Shown: in pieces, positions 1 through 12,900 of the stretch | Position numbering within the stretch: the stretch's first letter is position 1 | Layout of the letters: each line of letters opens with the position of its first letter | Source: Vicugna vicugna | Taxonomy: Eukaryota | Assembly (NCBI GenBank): GCA_013265495.1 | Contig: MU058667.1 | Coordinates: forward strand, 62,001 to 126,000 | Length of the DNA stretch: 64,000 nt | Direction: 5' to 3' | The notes under the pieces: model-generated | Told to the model about the DNA's origin: nothing | Seen by the model: only the letters and a program-made list of their open reading frames with translations | Databases searched by the model: none | Program-made: the position numbers and the translations under genes

Positions 1-3000
1 CTTGGGAGTGGCAGAGCTCAGCTAGAATCTTAGCCCCTCTTCTCTGGTTCTTTGTGAGAATTTTCAACAGCAAATGTGATTCAGGACTTGACGTAGGTGC
101 TTTGGCTCAGTTGTCCCCTAAGATGCATCTCCTTGTTAAGAAGAATCATATATCAACAGAATCATTGTGAAAATGCATGCAAGGGGCTCCTTGAAGACAG
201 AGAGGTCTGGTAGATAATTGACACCCAGCAGTAAAGCGTTGGAGGCTTCTGAGGAGAAAAGATCAAGAGCTGCTGGAGGTTAATTGTTCACCAGCTTCAG
301 AAGATACGGCTGGGAGGGTAGCCGGGGATGAAACATTGACCAGCTCTGATTTAGATGCAGGAATGTGTGAGGGAGGCACGGAAAGGTCAAGGGGGAGCAG
401 TCGGCACCTGAGACAGCTCCCACTGACAAAATTCCTCTCTCGGAGACCGGACAGGAAAAGGGAATGTGCTCAGAAGGGGAGAAAAGGGCCTCTGGCCTCA
501 AAGGGCACTTATTTTTCCAGCTCCTACAGCCATTCCCAGGGGCTGCTGGGGGGAAAAAAAAAAAAGGCGAGGTCATGTTTGCTTTTCAAGCCCTCAAAAC
601 TGACTAAATTTTGGAGAGCTGGGACCAGGCAGGGAGGGGTAGGAAAAACAAAGATGCATAATTAAGATACTGTCCTTGCCTTGGAGCCAAACTAGAAAGT
701 TCAAAGACTGGGCTAGAAGGCTCTTAGACTCGGGTTCAAGTGTTCGCTCCACCTAGCTGGGTAATCCTAGGCAATCTGGTTACTCTCTGAGTCTCAGTTT
801 ACTCAGCTGGAAAAGAAGAGTAATTAAACCTACTTCCAAGTATCATTACAGTGATTACATGACAATGAGGAAGCTCTTGACTCCCAGTTCAATGTTGAGT
901 TGAAGAGTGAGAAAGACAATAATCATTGTTTAAATTGGTCCAAGAGCTCCCACAGCCTCTAGGAGAAGGTTCAGGCTCCCCCCTCCCCTTGTGAACTGGC
1001 CCCACCTCATCCCCCGGCTTCCCTCTCACCCTCCCCTACCCACCTCCACTCCATCCTCGCAGCGTCTGATCCGTGGCACTTTTAGAACCAACATCCCGGA
1101 TGCTGAGGCTCTTGGTGTTCCACTCCTCAGCAGTCTCGCAGCCTTTAAGTCACCCAGGGGATGTGACCCCTCAAAGGTCCTCCCTTAGCCCAATCCGCCA
1201 CACTACCCCAGTCCTTTCCCAGGGTTAGGCCTTAGCTCCATTGGGCTGTGCTCGATCCACACAGAGATCATTTGACAAAGAGCACGTTGCATTTCTCTTA
1301 ATTTTTCTTAAAACACAAAAGTTGGCTGGCCGGCTGCCCAGTTTCTGTTATGTGGACCAAGATTAAATTTCTCTTGGACTGGTTCGCAGAGCCCCTGGTC
1401 GCTGGACTGAAAAGTGATTTACATTTTCTCTTGGCAGGGGATTTACCCAAGTGGGAATTGCCTTGAGTAACAACTGTTTGAAGCCGGTGCGTGTGTATGC
1501 ACACACCCATACACACGAGCCCTGGCCTGGTCAGGTTGATAAGTTCTTCTCATTGGTTGACAAGCTTCAGAAGTAGAAAATGAAGAGCTAGGAAAAGGGG
1601 TTTACAATGTGACAGCCTTACCGGTACCAGGGTTGCCATGACTAAATTGTAAATTGGATTCTGGACCCCAGGTTTTAAGGAAGCGTAACCCGGCAGACAG
1701 CTCTTATCATCAGAAAGGAGGGTCCTCCTGACTCTTCTTGGGAGCACTGAGACTATTACAATAACACCTACCCGCCATTCACTGAGCACTCACGACGTAC
1801 AGGAACACAGCTTACAGCAACGGCACAGATTAGGTTTTTCTTTAATGGCTGAGAAAATTCAGACTCACAGAGGTGCTGACTCTCGTGAGCCTCCCAGATA
1901 GCAGGTGTGGGAGCCTGAAGTGCTACCCAAGTACGTCTGGCTCCAGCTACTACCCGACACTGTCTTCCCCGCCTGTGACACGCAGGCCTTCAACAAGGTT
2001 TTCATAGCAAATATACTACTTTTGTGGCTGTTTGACTTTCAAGTAGAAATTTGAAGGCCTTGGGGTTCTCTTGGTGTTGTGTTCAAACTGGAGACGAACT
2101 GACTGACTGAGGCTCAGAGCTTTGCCCCGCCCCCTGTCGCATCCTAAAAAAAAAATATAAAGTCCACCATGTTAGGTGCCCTATATTCATTTCTCTATTT
2201 TAACCTCACAACAATTATGTGACCTAGAGCCCTATTAAGGGTGTTGGGCACCAGTAACAAGACCCACATGAAAAATTTAAATAAAGGGGGACACATCATT
2301 ATAAAGAATGTCATGTATATGGGAGAACTTAAGACCCAGAAGTGTGACCGGGCTTCAGAAGAGAGACTAGAAGCAGAAGCTGGGCAGTCAGAGCCCAGAC
2401 GATGGGGGCCACTTCTCCGAGGAGCACTGTCTCTCAGCCCTGCTTCTCTCTGTACCTCCATGTTAGGGTGGCTCTCCTTGTTTCTAAGCACAAAGATCTC
2501 CATGAGGGTTGCACTCCAGCCCTTGATTGATGAGTCTGGGGAAAGGACTGGGCATTCACAGATCGGCCCTTTCCCCTCGCCTTTCCTCTCCGGATGCCTC
2601 AGAAAGCTCCCAACCTCCCTTTCTCCATCTACGCGGGGTGGCCTCTGACTGTGCAGGGCTGCCTACAATAAGTCTGTCTCACTCTAGCGTTCAGCTGAGC
2701 TATGTTTATCTACAAAAGGCTGATTTTGTGGCGTGGGAGATGGAATTATTTTATTTACTACAAGAATAAAGATAAAACTGTCACGGCTTTATCCCACAAA
2801 GTTTGGCACATGACGTTCGGTCGGATGCCTCAGCTTCTCTTCACACATCAGCCCTGTGCTGGTAGGAAGGTGCCACGCAGAAGGAGAATGTGCTGCCGTA
2901 AGCTCGTCCATCCCTGAACTGACTCCAAAGAGAGGCCTCCCCAAGCCACCTGCTGGGTCCCTTCAAATTCCAACATGCAGTCAAATCAGGCTACCCAGTC

Positions 3001-3839
3001 ATGGCCTCACCCCACCTCCCAGACAAAGAATTAACAGAGCGTCTGGGTTCTGTGCCCAAAATCTTTCGAGATTCTGACGTACCTAACTTGGCCAGTCCAC
3101 CCTGGGTCCAGTCAGCTCTGCCAGGGGCCTGGAGTCACAAGGTGCAAACAGGGAGGAAGAGAACTGGGGCTGAACAGAAGCCTCGAGATTTCTGTTGTAA
3201 TCTCTTTTTTTACCAGCAGGAAGTTGAATCTTAGGAGAAGACATTCTCAAAGCTAATGTCAGAGCTGAGATTCATACCCAAGCCTGACGGGCCCTCACAA
3301 CCATGCTTGTAACAGAACACAGGGTGATGAGACCCTGAACACTGGCCCTGAGCTGGGTGCTTTCCAGTTGGCACTAAATAGAATACCTGGCATCATCAAT
3401 TATTTCAACAGTAACACTGAGAGCAAGCAGAGCTGAGGCTGTACCTTCTATCCTTTAGTGACATATTTCCCTTTCCCCTTCTGGACTACTCTAGAAATGG
3501 GGGCTGCATAGACTAATAGAAAGTTTGGTGCCAGAAAGTCTGCCCTTAGGGAGCTGTGTGTCCTATATTGCTTAAGCTCTTTGATCATCAGTCAGTTTAA
3601 ATTCAGTTTTTTGCATCCATTTAACAATTATATGTATTTAGTATGTAATGTGTAGCTTATTACAGATTAATAAATAAGACATACATATTTGGTATATAAT
3701 ACATCTTATACGTATTAACATATTATATATGTTTGTTATTGTATGACTAGATCTTCTAAATATCTACCACATGCCAGGCACTGTGCTACATAATTAAAAA
3801 TACAAAAAAAATCCTACTGGAGGCTTAGTTTCTTAAATA

Positions 3840-4620
3840 AGAAATGCAAACTAAAACTATGCCAAGATAATGTTTTTCTGTTCTCAGATTGCCAAATGTC
3901 CAAACGAGTGAGGCCAAGGGGATACAGGATTTCGGATACGTGGTGGGTGGAGGATAAAGTGGGACAACCCCATGGAAGGCAATTTGCCAAGGTTTGGTCA
4001 AAGACAAAGTCGTAGATCCTTTGTACCAGCCATTTGTTCCTAAAAAAATTATCCTCTGGATGTTCTCACCCTCATACAAAGTAACATGTATATGATTTCT
4101 ATCACTGAAGCCTTGTTTGTAGCAGCAAAAGATTAAAAATAACCGAAATGGCCATCCAGATATCAGCCATAGAATGAAACACTGGGCATCAGTGATGAAG
4201 AACGAGAAAGCTTTCTAAGTTCTGAAACGGAAAACTGCCAAGACGTACTGGTCAGTGGAAAAGGCAAAGCGCAGGACCGTGTGTAGAGCGGGTTAATGTT
4301 ATACTAATGACAGTACAAGTAGTATTCGTTATATATTAATTCAATAAAATGATAGAATAATATTAGTAAGAGTAATGCTAATAATTAGTATAGTGTGTGT
4401 ATATGTGTGTGAAATCTTGTATAAGGCAATTTTTTAATTTCTGGAAAAGATTTTTAAAAATCAATATAAGGGGTTCTTTTTTTTAAAGGTAGATGGGAAC
4501 AGGGGTGGGAATTAAACTTTTCATGTCTGAGAATTTCTGAATATCTTCTGAGAATTTGTGAACCACATGAATGTATTTACCTATTCAGAAATTGAAATAA
4601 ATATGTATCATTTAAAAATA
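3840..4620 (+). mobile_element. Old L1 (L1ME-like) 3' fragment
   Basis: GAAATGCAAACTAAAAC..., GGAAGGCAATTTG, TTGTTTGTAGCAGCAAAA and similar L1M 3'-end motifs. Confidence 0.65.
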
Positions 4621-5090
4621 ACAACCATGGGATGAATGTTAAGAAAAAGACAGCCAGGGTGCTCTAGGAACAGGTAACAGGGAACCTGACCTAGTCTGCA
4701 GAGAAAGTCCCTGAGGAAGTAACTTGTAAATTGAAACTTTCAGTATAAATAGGCAGAGGGGCAAATTTATACACGGGGTCCAGGAAAAGGGACCCCATGT
4801 ATAAACGCCCTGAGAAGGGAGAGAGCCTCACACGCAGGAGTGGAAACATAGTCAAGAGAGCTGGAATGCAGATACAAGGGGGTAGGAGATGGGGGACAGT
4901 GGTAGCTGATGCAACGTGAGGGGTCAAGTTATGCAGGCTGTGTTTCAAATTGTGGGCTTTATCCGAAGGGCAGCGGGAAGCCATTGAAAGGGTTTCAGCA
5001 AGAAAGTGATGGGAGCAAGGTTATGTTTTGAATAGACTGCTCTGGAGTCTGTGAGGAGAAATGACTGGAGGAAGTCAAGAGGATGCTGAC
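4620..5090 (-). mobile_element. L2 fragment
   Basis: GGGAAGCCATTGAAAGGGTTTCAGCAAGAAAGTGA...ACTGCTCTGG, typical of the L2 3' region. Confidence 0.65.
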
Positions 5091-5109
5091 AACCCATATA
5101 TCTGACAAA

Positions 5110-5712
5110 CTGCTTTGGAGAACTATTTGGTGCTTTTTTATAAAGTTAAACATACATCTACCCTGTGACCTGGCAATTTCACTCTTAGGTATTTTTCCAA
5201 GTTAAATGAAAACATATGTTCACAAAAGTATTTGTACAAGAATTTTTATAGCAGCCATATTTATAACAGCAAAAATTATGCCCCCCCCCCGCAAGCTCCA
5301 CTAATTTCTATAGAGAGTTGAATTCACAGGCAAATTGTGGTGGGTTTGTACAATGGAATAGTACTTGGCAATACAAAGGAAGGAACTCCTGATACACACA
5401 ACATGGAGGATTCTTAAATCCATGTAAAAAGCAGATACAGAAATGTGTATACTGTGTGATTCCACTGATGTGAAATGAAATCCACATACAGAAAATAGTG
5501 ATCTATAGTGACAGAAACCAGAAAGTAGTTGTCGGGGGGGAGAGGGAAATTGACTGGAAAGAAAAATGAGGGAATGTTCTGGGGTGATGGAAATGTTTTG
5601 TATCTGTTGTATGTGGCAGTTACACAGTATGCACAACTGTCAAAACTCATCAAAGAGAACAACATAGACACGTGCTTTTTATCCTATGTTAAGTATATCT
5701 CAGCTGAAAAAA
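5110..5712 (+). mobile_element. Old L1 (L1M) 3' end inserted within L2-like sequence
   Basis: TAAAGTTAAACATACATCTACCCTGTGACCTGGCAATTTCACTCTTAGGTAT ... GGTGATGGAAATGTTTTGTATCT. Confidence 0.8.
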
Positions 5713-8700
5713 GAAAAAAGAGTGGAGAGTGAGACAAGGAGGAGGTGTTCACAATAATCCAGGAGAAAGTCGATGCCTGCCCAGTGGTATAGCATGCACA
5801 TCAACTAAAATAATGTGTATAAGAGGGCAAACTACAAAGCTCCATGCAAACTGTAAGACTCTATATAAACTGTGAAGCCCTGTGCAAAAGTGAGGATTTA
5901 GTTTAACTTAATCCACACCAAATTTTGGAGGTGACTGTGGATCATATGAATTGTCCAAGATCGTCCTGTTTATTTGTAATAAAGGACTTGGGGTGATTAA
6001 TCATAATTTTCTGGTTAGTTTGTCACTGTTTGGCAGGAAATGGATCCAATGGCTACTGAGATTCATCAAATACTTAACTGGGGGGCAGAAATAAAGGTGG
6101 GAGGAGGGGCTGCTTTTGCCAGAAGTAATTTTCTACTGAAAATTGGGTTTTCCCAAACAAAAAATGTATTCAGTTGCTGGGTTTTTTTTTTTTTTTGAAT
6201 AATTAGGGTTTGAAGGATACAGAAAAAAGGAAGCAGACTGTCAGTTTCTGAGGCAGGGACCGTAATGATCAGTGACACGGCCACCCAGCATTCAAGAGAG
6301 TTTGCTGAGAGCTGAGAGTGTGTGGGAAACACACGTGTGCTGCTCGAAGCATCTGCCTCTGCGTGTAGACAGGTTTGGAGAAACAGCTGTGCAAAAATCA
6401 GTCAAAAGCCATCTGAATACCTGGTCACTCACCATTTAACTAAATTCAACTTCTTTTATGTGCTTTTTTTCAGTGTTAATAAATCCTTAATTATTTGTTT
6501 TTACTTAATGCTGACTTTTTCCCCAAAACTGTGTTGAATGAGCAGACACAGCTGGACCCTCCCTATTCACAACAATGGATGCTAAACACCCCAGCACTGT
6601 GCTTGGGCCCTTTGTCCATGAATAGGAGACACCCCTGCTCGAGGCAGGGCCTTCGATGCCATGACCTCCGGGGTGATTGAAGATCCTCTTCTGAACTGCA
6701 ATGAATGTTTGTTGTATTTTTAGTATTTAGTATCTGTCATCCAATCCCTCCCTCTTTCTAAGGACTGATCTCTGTGTGGTTTCTCTTGGTGTGAGGTAGG
6801 AACCATCTTCCACATCAAAAGTAGACAACATCTCACGTACCACCTCCCCTCCACCTCCCACCCCGCTCCTCCACCAACACACATGCAGACACTGGCCCTG
6901 GCAAAATCTGAGGATGGGCAACTGGCTTGGGCCTGGACCCCTGGTAGCCTTCCCTGAACTGGGAGTCTCGGGGAAGCAATACAAGAACATGGATGTGGTT
7001 GGTGGTTGTCCATGGAGAAAGCTGGGAGTCATTCGTTCAAAAATAGCAGAACTGACACGCTGACCAGACTACTCTCATCAAGACACCACTGCTGTGACTC
7101 CTCTGGCCTCGCCCTCTGCGTCGCCACTGCTGGATGGGAAAACTGAAGCTGAGATGTGCAAGGATACATCCATGTTCATATAGTAAATTCACAACCAAGC
7201 CAAAACTCAAACTTAGATCTCTTCGCTCTCCCCCATTGCTTTCTTCACAGCATAAGAATCTCCCCGGAGATTCTAAGCCTGCTCCTCCCCATCCTCCAAT
7301 ACCACCCCAATAAAGTCTCTTCCAAGTAAGTTATGGGAGTGTTTTCATCGCTGACACCCGAGACAGATACACGATCATAAAATAGTGGTTTCATTTCCTA
7401 CCTGAAGACATCGCAGAAATGCTGTCAGGTAGTATCTCAGATCCTCAGATCCAAGGCTTTACTTCGGGGACCACGGAAAGACGCCAGACTAAGTGGGAGT
7501 GGGGATGCGGTAAGAGGAGTGAAAAAGAGAAAAGGAGAAGGAAACATATTACGTATCTCCCGTCCACTCCGTGCTAGGACCGAGGGTACAGTGATTGTCA
7601 ACAGAGAGGCTGTACCAGACGCCAGGAGCTGTGAGAACAGCAAAGGGAGGGAGGTGTCTCCGCATCAGAAGTGGTGAGAGTGAGGCTGGATAAGACTGAG
7701 ACATTTACCGGTGGGCACAGCACGTGAGAGGCAGAGCTGGTGTCTGAACCCCATCCCACCCCGACCCACTCCACTGTGATGAAGGTGTTGAAAGCTGATG
7801 GGTGAGCCACGTGTCTTTTTCCTTTTTATATTATGATGGCAGAGTTGTGTCCACGATTTGGAATGAATTCACCTGGGCATAATGCTGTGACGAGGTCGCT
7901 GGATGATGGACGTATTTATCTGGGAAACACGAGGCAGAAAACTTTCCCGAGCCCGTGGACAGCAGAGCTGGGGGCGCGTCGAAGCCTGTTTTGATTTAAG
8001 TGGAATGGGCCCAGCTTGAGTGTAAATTCGAGACCATGTTTGCTTGTGTCACACTCTATTTTTTCAAATTACTTTCGTCTGTCTCATTTCATCTATCTTC
8101 CCCCACTTCTGGGTGAGAAAACTGAGGTCTGGGACTTGAAATGCCGTGTCCATGTTCACACAACAAATGATCATCTGAGCCAAAACTCCAACCCAGATAT
8201 TTTCACTTGTCCCCCACAGCTTCCTTCCCAGCCCAAGAATTAATTCTCTTTGCACCAAGTGAGCCTAACGACTTGGATTGATTCATATCCTGATGGTTTG
8301 GTTTAGCCTCCTGGGCTTATTCAGGTGCATACCAGTCTCACATCTCCTTCCAGATATATTGAGCCTCTCTCTCTCTCTCTCTGTCTTTGTTTATTTCTTC
8401 GTCTTTTCCCCTGCATTCCCCCTCCTCCCTTTCTCTGTTAATCTCCTTTCCTTCTCTTCTTTCCTCCCTCCCTCTCCTCCTCTCGCAAACACAGTTGTTT
8501 TTCTTATATAGGGATGGTATCATGTTGACGGGGTGGGTGAAATGAGCAGTTTCTTTTAAGTCTCTGGAAGGAGAATATTTTCTTATGGATTTTTTATTGT
8601 TCGGATTGTTTTGCCAAGCTAATGAAAGATGACTCTGAGGCCCCCTTATCTCAGGCCAACCTGAGGATGCCTTCAAGTTTTTGTTTTTCTTTTCAAGCTG

Positions 8701-9758
8701 GTTCCTTACAAATGCATCCAGAAGGTCACTCTCAGGTCCCCAAGATAGTGGTGGGTCATCAATCACAACCAGGACAGCAGCATCACAGAAGATCATCTCA
8801 TGAATGGGAGGCTCTGGGGAAGGAGCGAGCGGAGCCTGCTCTGTCCCAGGCTTTTGAGCTCAGCAAAGGTGACCTGGCAGAGTGCTTTCTCCAGAAGCTT
8901 CCTGGGATGGTCACAAGGATACTGCAGCTCCAGCGGCTGGCCTTCCCCTCCGGTTTTTGACTCAAAATAAATAAATACACACTTACACAAAAGGCTCCAA
9001 CATTTCCCAGGTAATCTGATCACTGCCACTCAGCAAACTTAACAGCCCAAAGGGCTGGTCCACAAAACAAACAGAAGGGACTCCAGTCCTGGCTTTGCCG
9101 AGGACAAGCTTTGTGAGCCTGGGCACCTCACTAAACTTCTCCGGACCTCAGCTTCTCACATATAAAATAAAATAATGAGCTAGCTCATTCTTTCAACAAA
9201 GATGTATTAAACACCTCCTTTGTGACAGGCCTCGTGAAAAGTTTTTTTTTAAAGGATAGACAGAGTCCCTGGTGTCAGGGGGCCTCGAAGTTCAATGGGG
9301 AAAAAGGTAATACCTATAATAAAGGAAAATAAGAATAACATAATTTTTTAAAGAGCTCTAGTGGCACTATGTGCAAAGTGCTACAGAAGATCAAAGGTCA
9401 AAACGGCTCGACCTATAAGCTCACCTTTAGGATTCTTCTCACTTCTGAAAGTCTGCGTGGATGGCTTTTTGATTTGTTTTGATCTCCTTTTCACATTAAT
9501 GTATTTTGTTCTTTCTGAATTAGTTAATTTCAAATCATTGTCTACTGTTTAATGGTCCCAATACTTGTAAAAGGTAGCTATTATGATTGCCTTGATCAAC
9601 ATTTTAGATGAGAACACTGCGGCCCAGAGAAGTTAAGGAACCTACTCGCGCTCACACAGCTGGGAAGCTGCAGAATGGGTATTTGGACCCCTAACTGTCA
9701 ACTCCAAAGCTCATGCTCTTCCCACCACGCGGTGTTGCTTCAGGTACATGCAGCCACT

Positions 9759-9922
9759 CAGGGCTCAGTAACACAATTTGCAGGACCAAGTGCAAAGTGA
9801 AACTACGGAGGCCTTTGTTCAAAAATTAAGTAAGGATTTCAAGACAGCAACAGGAGGGCGGTAAACAAAGCGTGGGGCACTGGACGACTGCTCGGGCCGC
9901 ACACCCGTGAAGCCTGCCCCGC
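9759..9922 (-). mobile_element. MER45A-like hAT DNA transposon (MITE)
   Basis: CAGGGCTCAG...AATTTGCAGGACCAAGTGCAAAGTGAAA...TTGTTCAAAAATT...GCACACCCGTGAAGCCTGCCC resembles the MER45A consensus. Confidence 0.7.
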
Positions 9923-12900
9923 CAGCCACAATTCACTTTACAGGTGGCATCTCCCATCGAGGAGCAACAGCGCCACAGCACTCCGTGGGCCCAGGCCAGG
10001 CTGGCGGGACGTCTGGGCAGTCACACTTCACACGCAGGGGACCTGGTGTTGTCCAGAGGGTTCAGTGTGGACCAGTTGGGCAGAACTTGAGGGCACTGGT
10101 GTGATAGCTTTCCCAGAGCAGGAAAAATTTTTTTTTATGTGGGGAAAGGTACATAATCTTGGGCTGTCAAGGGTTCTGACTACACCCTCCCCTTACGTTC
10201 AGAACCTGAGGAGGGGGGACATTCATGCAGCACAAACAGAACACAGCCAAAAGCCCCTTAGTCTCTCTTTTTAAATTGCAGACCAGACCTGTAGGTGAAA
10301 TCTAACAAAGGATGGCGGAGAAAAAGCAACAAGGCTGCTGGTTTTTAAGCCTCTCTCCTGAAGCCTCGAGAAGGTGTCAACTCCTGTTGAGCCAAGAGAG
10401 ATTATGAACACCCTTGTGCTCAATGTTCTTAATCAGTAATATTTAATCTTTCGAGATCGTAAACCCATTCATGAAAGCTTGGACTATTTTCCCCTCAAAA
10501 AACACATGTGAACATAAAATATTTTGCATACAATTATAGACTCTGGATGAACCTCAGAATTTCAAAAACCCTATTTTACGTCATAGCTCCCCTACTGACA
10601 GAACCCTACAATGTTAGGCTCAGGCAGAAACTTAGAGATCATTTTTGTGAAATCACCGTATTCCTCTGGCAGGGGTCTGGGGGTGGGAAGGCTGCTGTAC
10701 ATTTTCAAAGACCTACTCCCCTGACTGTCAACTCTACCCTGGAACCAGTTGCCTACCCACTTCTAATTTGCTCCTATCAAAACACTGCAGCCCAGTGGAA
10801 GAGTCTAACCCCACAGATGGCTGATGGCAGGACGTCACTGAACGCTTGCAGAGCACCTGGACAAGCCAGGGAGCTGGGCACCAGCACGGTTCTTACCCAC
10901 AAGAAGATCACGTGCACCCATGGGAGACATGCATACAAACAACAGAAAGCAAAATAACACGTGGAGTTATGGGTGTTTGGGAGGCACTATGTGTCTGCCA
11001 GGTTGGATCGTTCAAGGCTCCCAGGAGAGGAAACACTGACCCAGGGTTTTGAAGAATGAGCACAGAGCCATGGAGGGGCAGAGTCTCCCGGCTGAGGGGG
11101 ACCAGCATGTGCAAAGACAGAGATGGGTGAGACAGCGTGAGGGAAACAAGGAGCTGGCAGTGGTTGGAATTGGCTGGAACATACTCTGTGCCTGAGAAAG
11201 AGGCGGGGCGTGAGGCTGGAGGAGAGTGGAAGGGGCCAGGTTCTGGAGGCCTTGGCTATCACACTAAGGGGCTGGACCTAAGCAGGAATGTCAGCCTGGG
11301 TGATGGATTAAGGAGTCTCTTCCTGGGGATGGTGCAAGGAGGCCAGATATCCATCTGTCCCGGGTGGCCTTCTGCCGGATGGGGGTAGAGGTAAAGATGA
11401 GGGGTGAAAAGCCTTTCTCAGATCCCAATCACCTCTCTCTCTAACAGTCAGCCACTGCCCAACACTGGCGAACATAAGAAGGGCCCGTAAAGCATGCATA
11501 AAAGATAGAAGCAGTAGTGTCAGTGAGATTTACTTGCCAAAAAAGTACCATTCTTCTCCACTAGAAGACAGCTAAATAGGAAGAGGCCTTCTCACAAATA
11601 CAAAGAAATTGCTCTCGTTAAAAAAAATTTTTTTTGAAGAGAACCTGACCCTAGCTTTACATATTGATGAGTTTCTCTGCAAAGTCTCACGTTTTCCATC
11701 CATTCTTAAGCTGAACCCGTTTAGCCCTAGGTGGTGGGCTGGCTCTGAGTAAATATTATCAAGAGAAGAGAGCATCTCCAGAAACGCTTAAGGGTTGCAA
11801 TTCCCATGTCACCACTTTTCAGGATTCTTAGGCAGTCTGGGCATTAAGAAGTGCTTGGAAGGGGTGTGTTTTCTCCCAAGCAAATACATAAACAAAAAAT
11901 CCTCATCACTGAGAGGCCCTATGAAGTCAATCGTCAGCTCTGAGGCTGTCTTTCCCGTATTCACCACTAGGTGTCACTCCTGTTTTAAGAGAAACAAAGT
12001 TTCAAAATTGCTGACCTGCAGAAAACCATTCCCTTAGTGTTCAGATTTTTCAGTAAAAAAAAAAAATAGTTTTTACCAACAGCAAAAACTGCAAATGTTC
12101 AGAACTTCTCTCTTGAGTAGCTGCATAATGGTTATAATTCCTCAGACTACCTGCAAATAACATGGCCACTACAGGATCACAACAAATAGATTTTTGTTGA
12201 AATATCCACAGTAAACGTACATCGTACAGGAAATTCCATTGCATTTACACTATTTATTTAATAAAAATAATCTCTGCGATTATTTGCATTTATTTCTGAA
12301 GGAGGATGTTTTTCCTTCCTCAGAATAAGTTCAGGAAATGGGTGAAGTGTTCAGGAAGTTAGCTAAATGCTGATGTAAATCCAAAAGGAAGGTCTGTTGT
12401 TTAAAAAAAAAAGACACCCGCCCCCCCAAAAAAAGCTAGGAAGTGGTTCTCTCTTTCATTTATGGAAAATGTTATACAGAATTTCTGATTTAAAATGAAA
12501 AGGACTAGGGAAATTGTATTTTCATATCTTTGCCATGGATCTGGTTGGACAGCTCAGATTTTTACTGATAACAGTTAAACAATAAAAACTGTGTCAAGAA
12601 ACAAAATCTAGATGGGAGACTTGACTGGGATCAAGTCTGTACAACATTAAGCCTTTACTATGGAATCTGTATCAACTACTCTAGGAAGTGTGTCTTGATA
12701 GGAAACTCTGAATCCAAAAGAGGTGGTGGGGCCCCTTAGCCCTACATAAACAACTCAACAGCATGCTCTCTTCTCAAGGACCCTGTCCCTTCCAGCCACT
12801 AGCAAATGGTGTCATGCTGACCTGCAGGCTTGGAGGGAGACAGGCTCACCAGGGGAAACCCCTGCTCTCCAGGGTGCAATCTGCCGCAGCCCTTCAGTGC

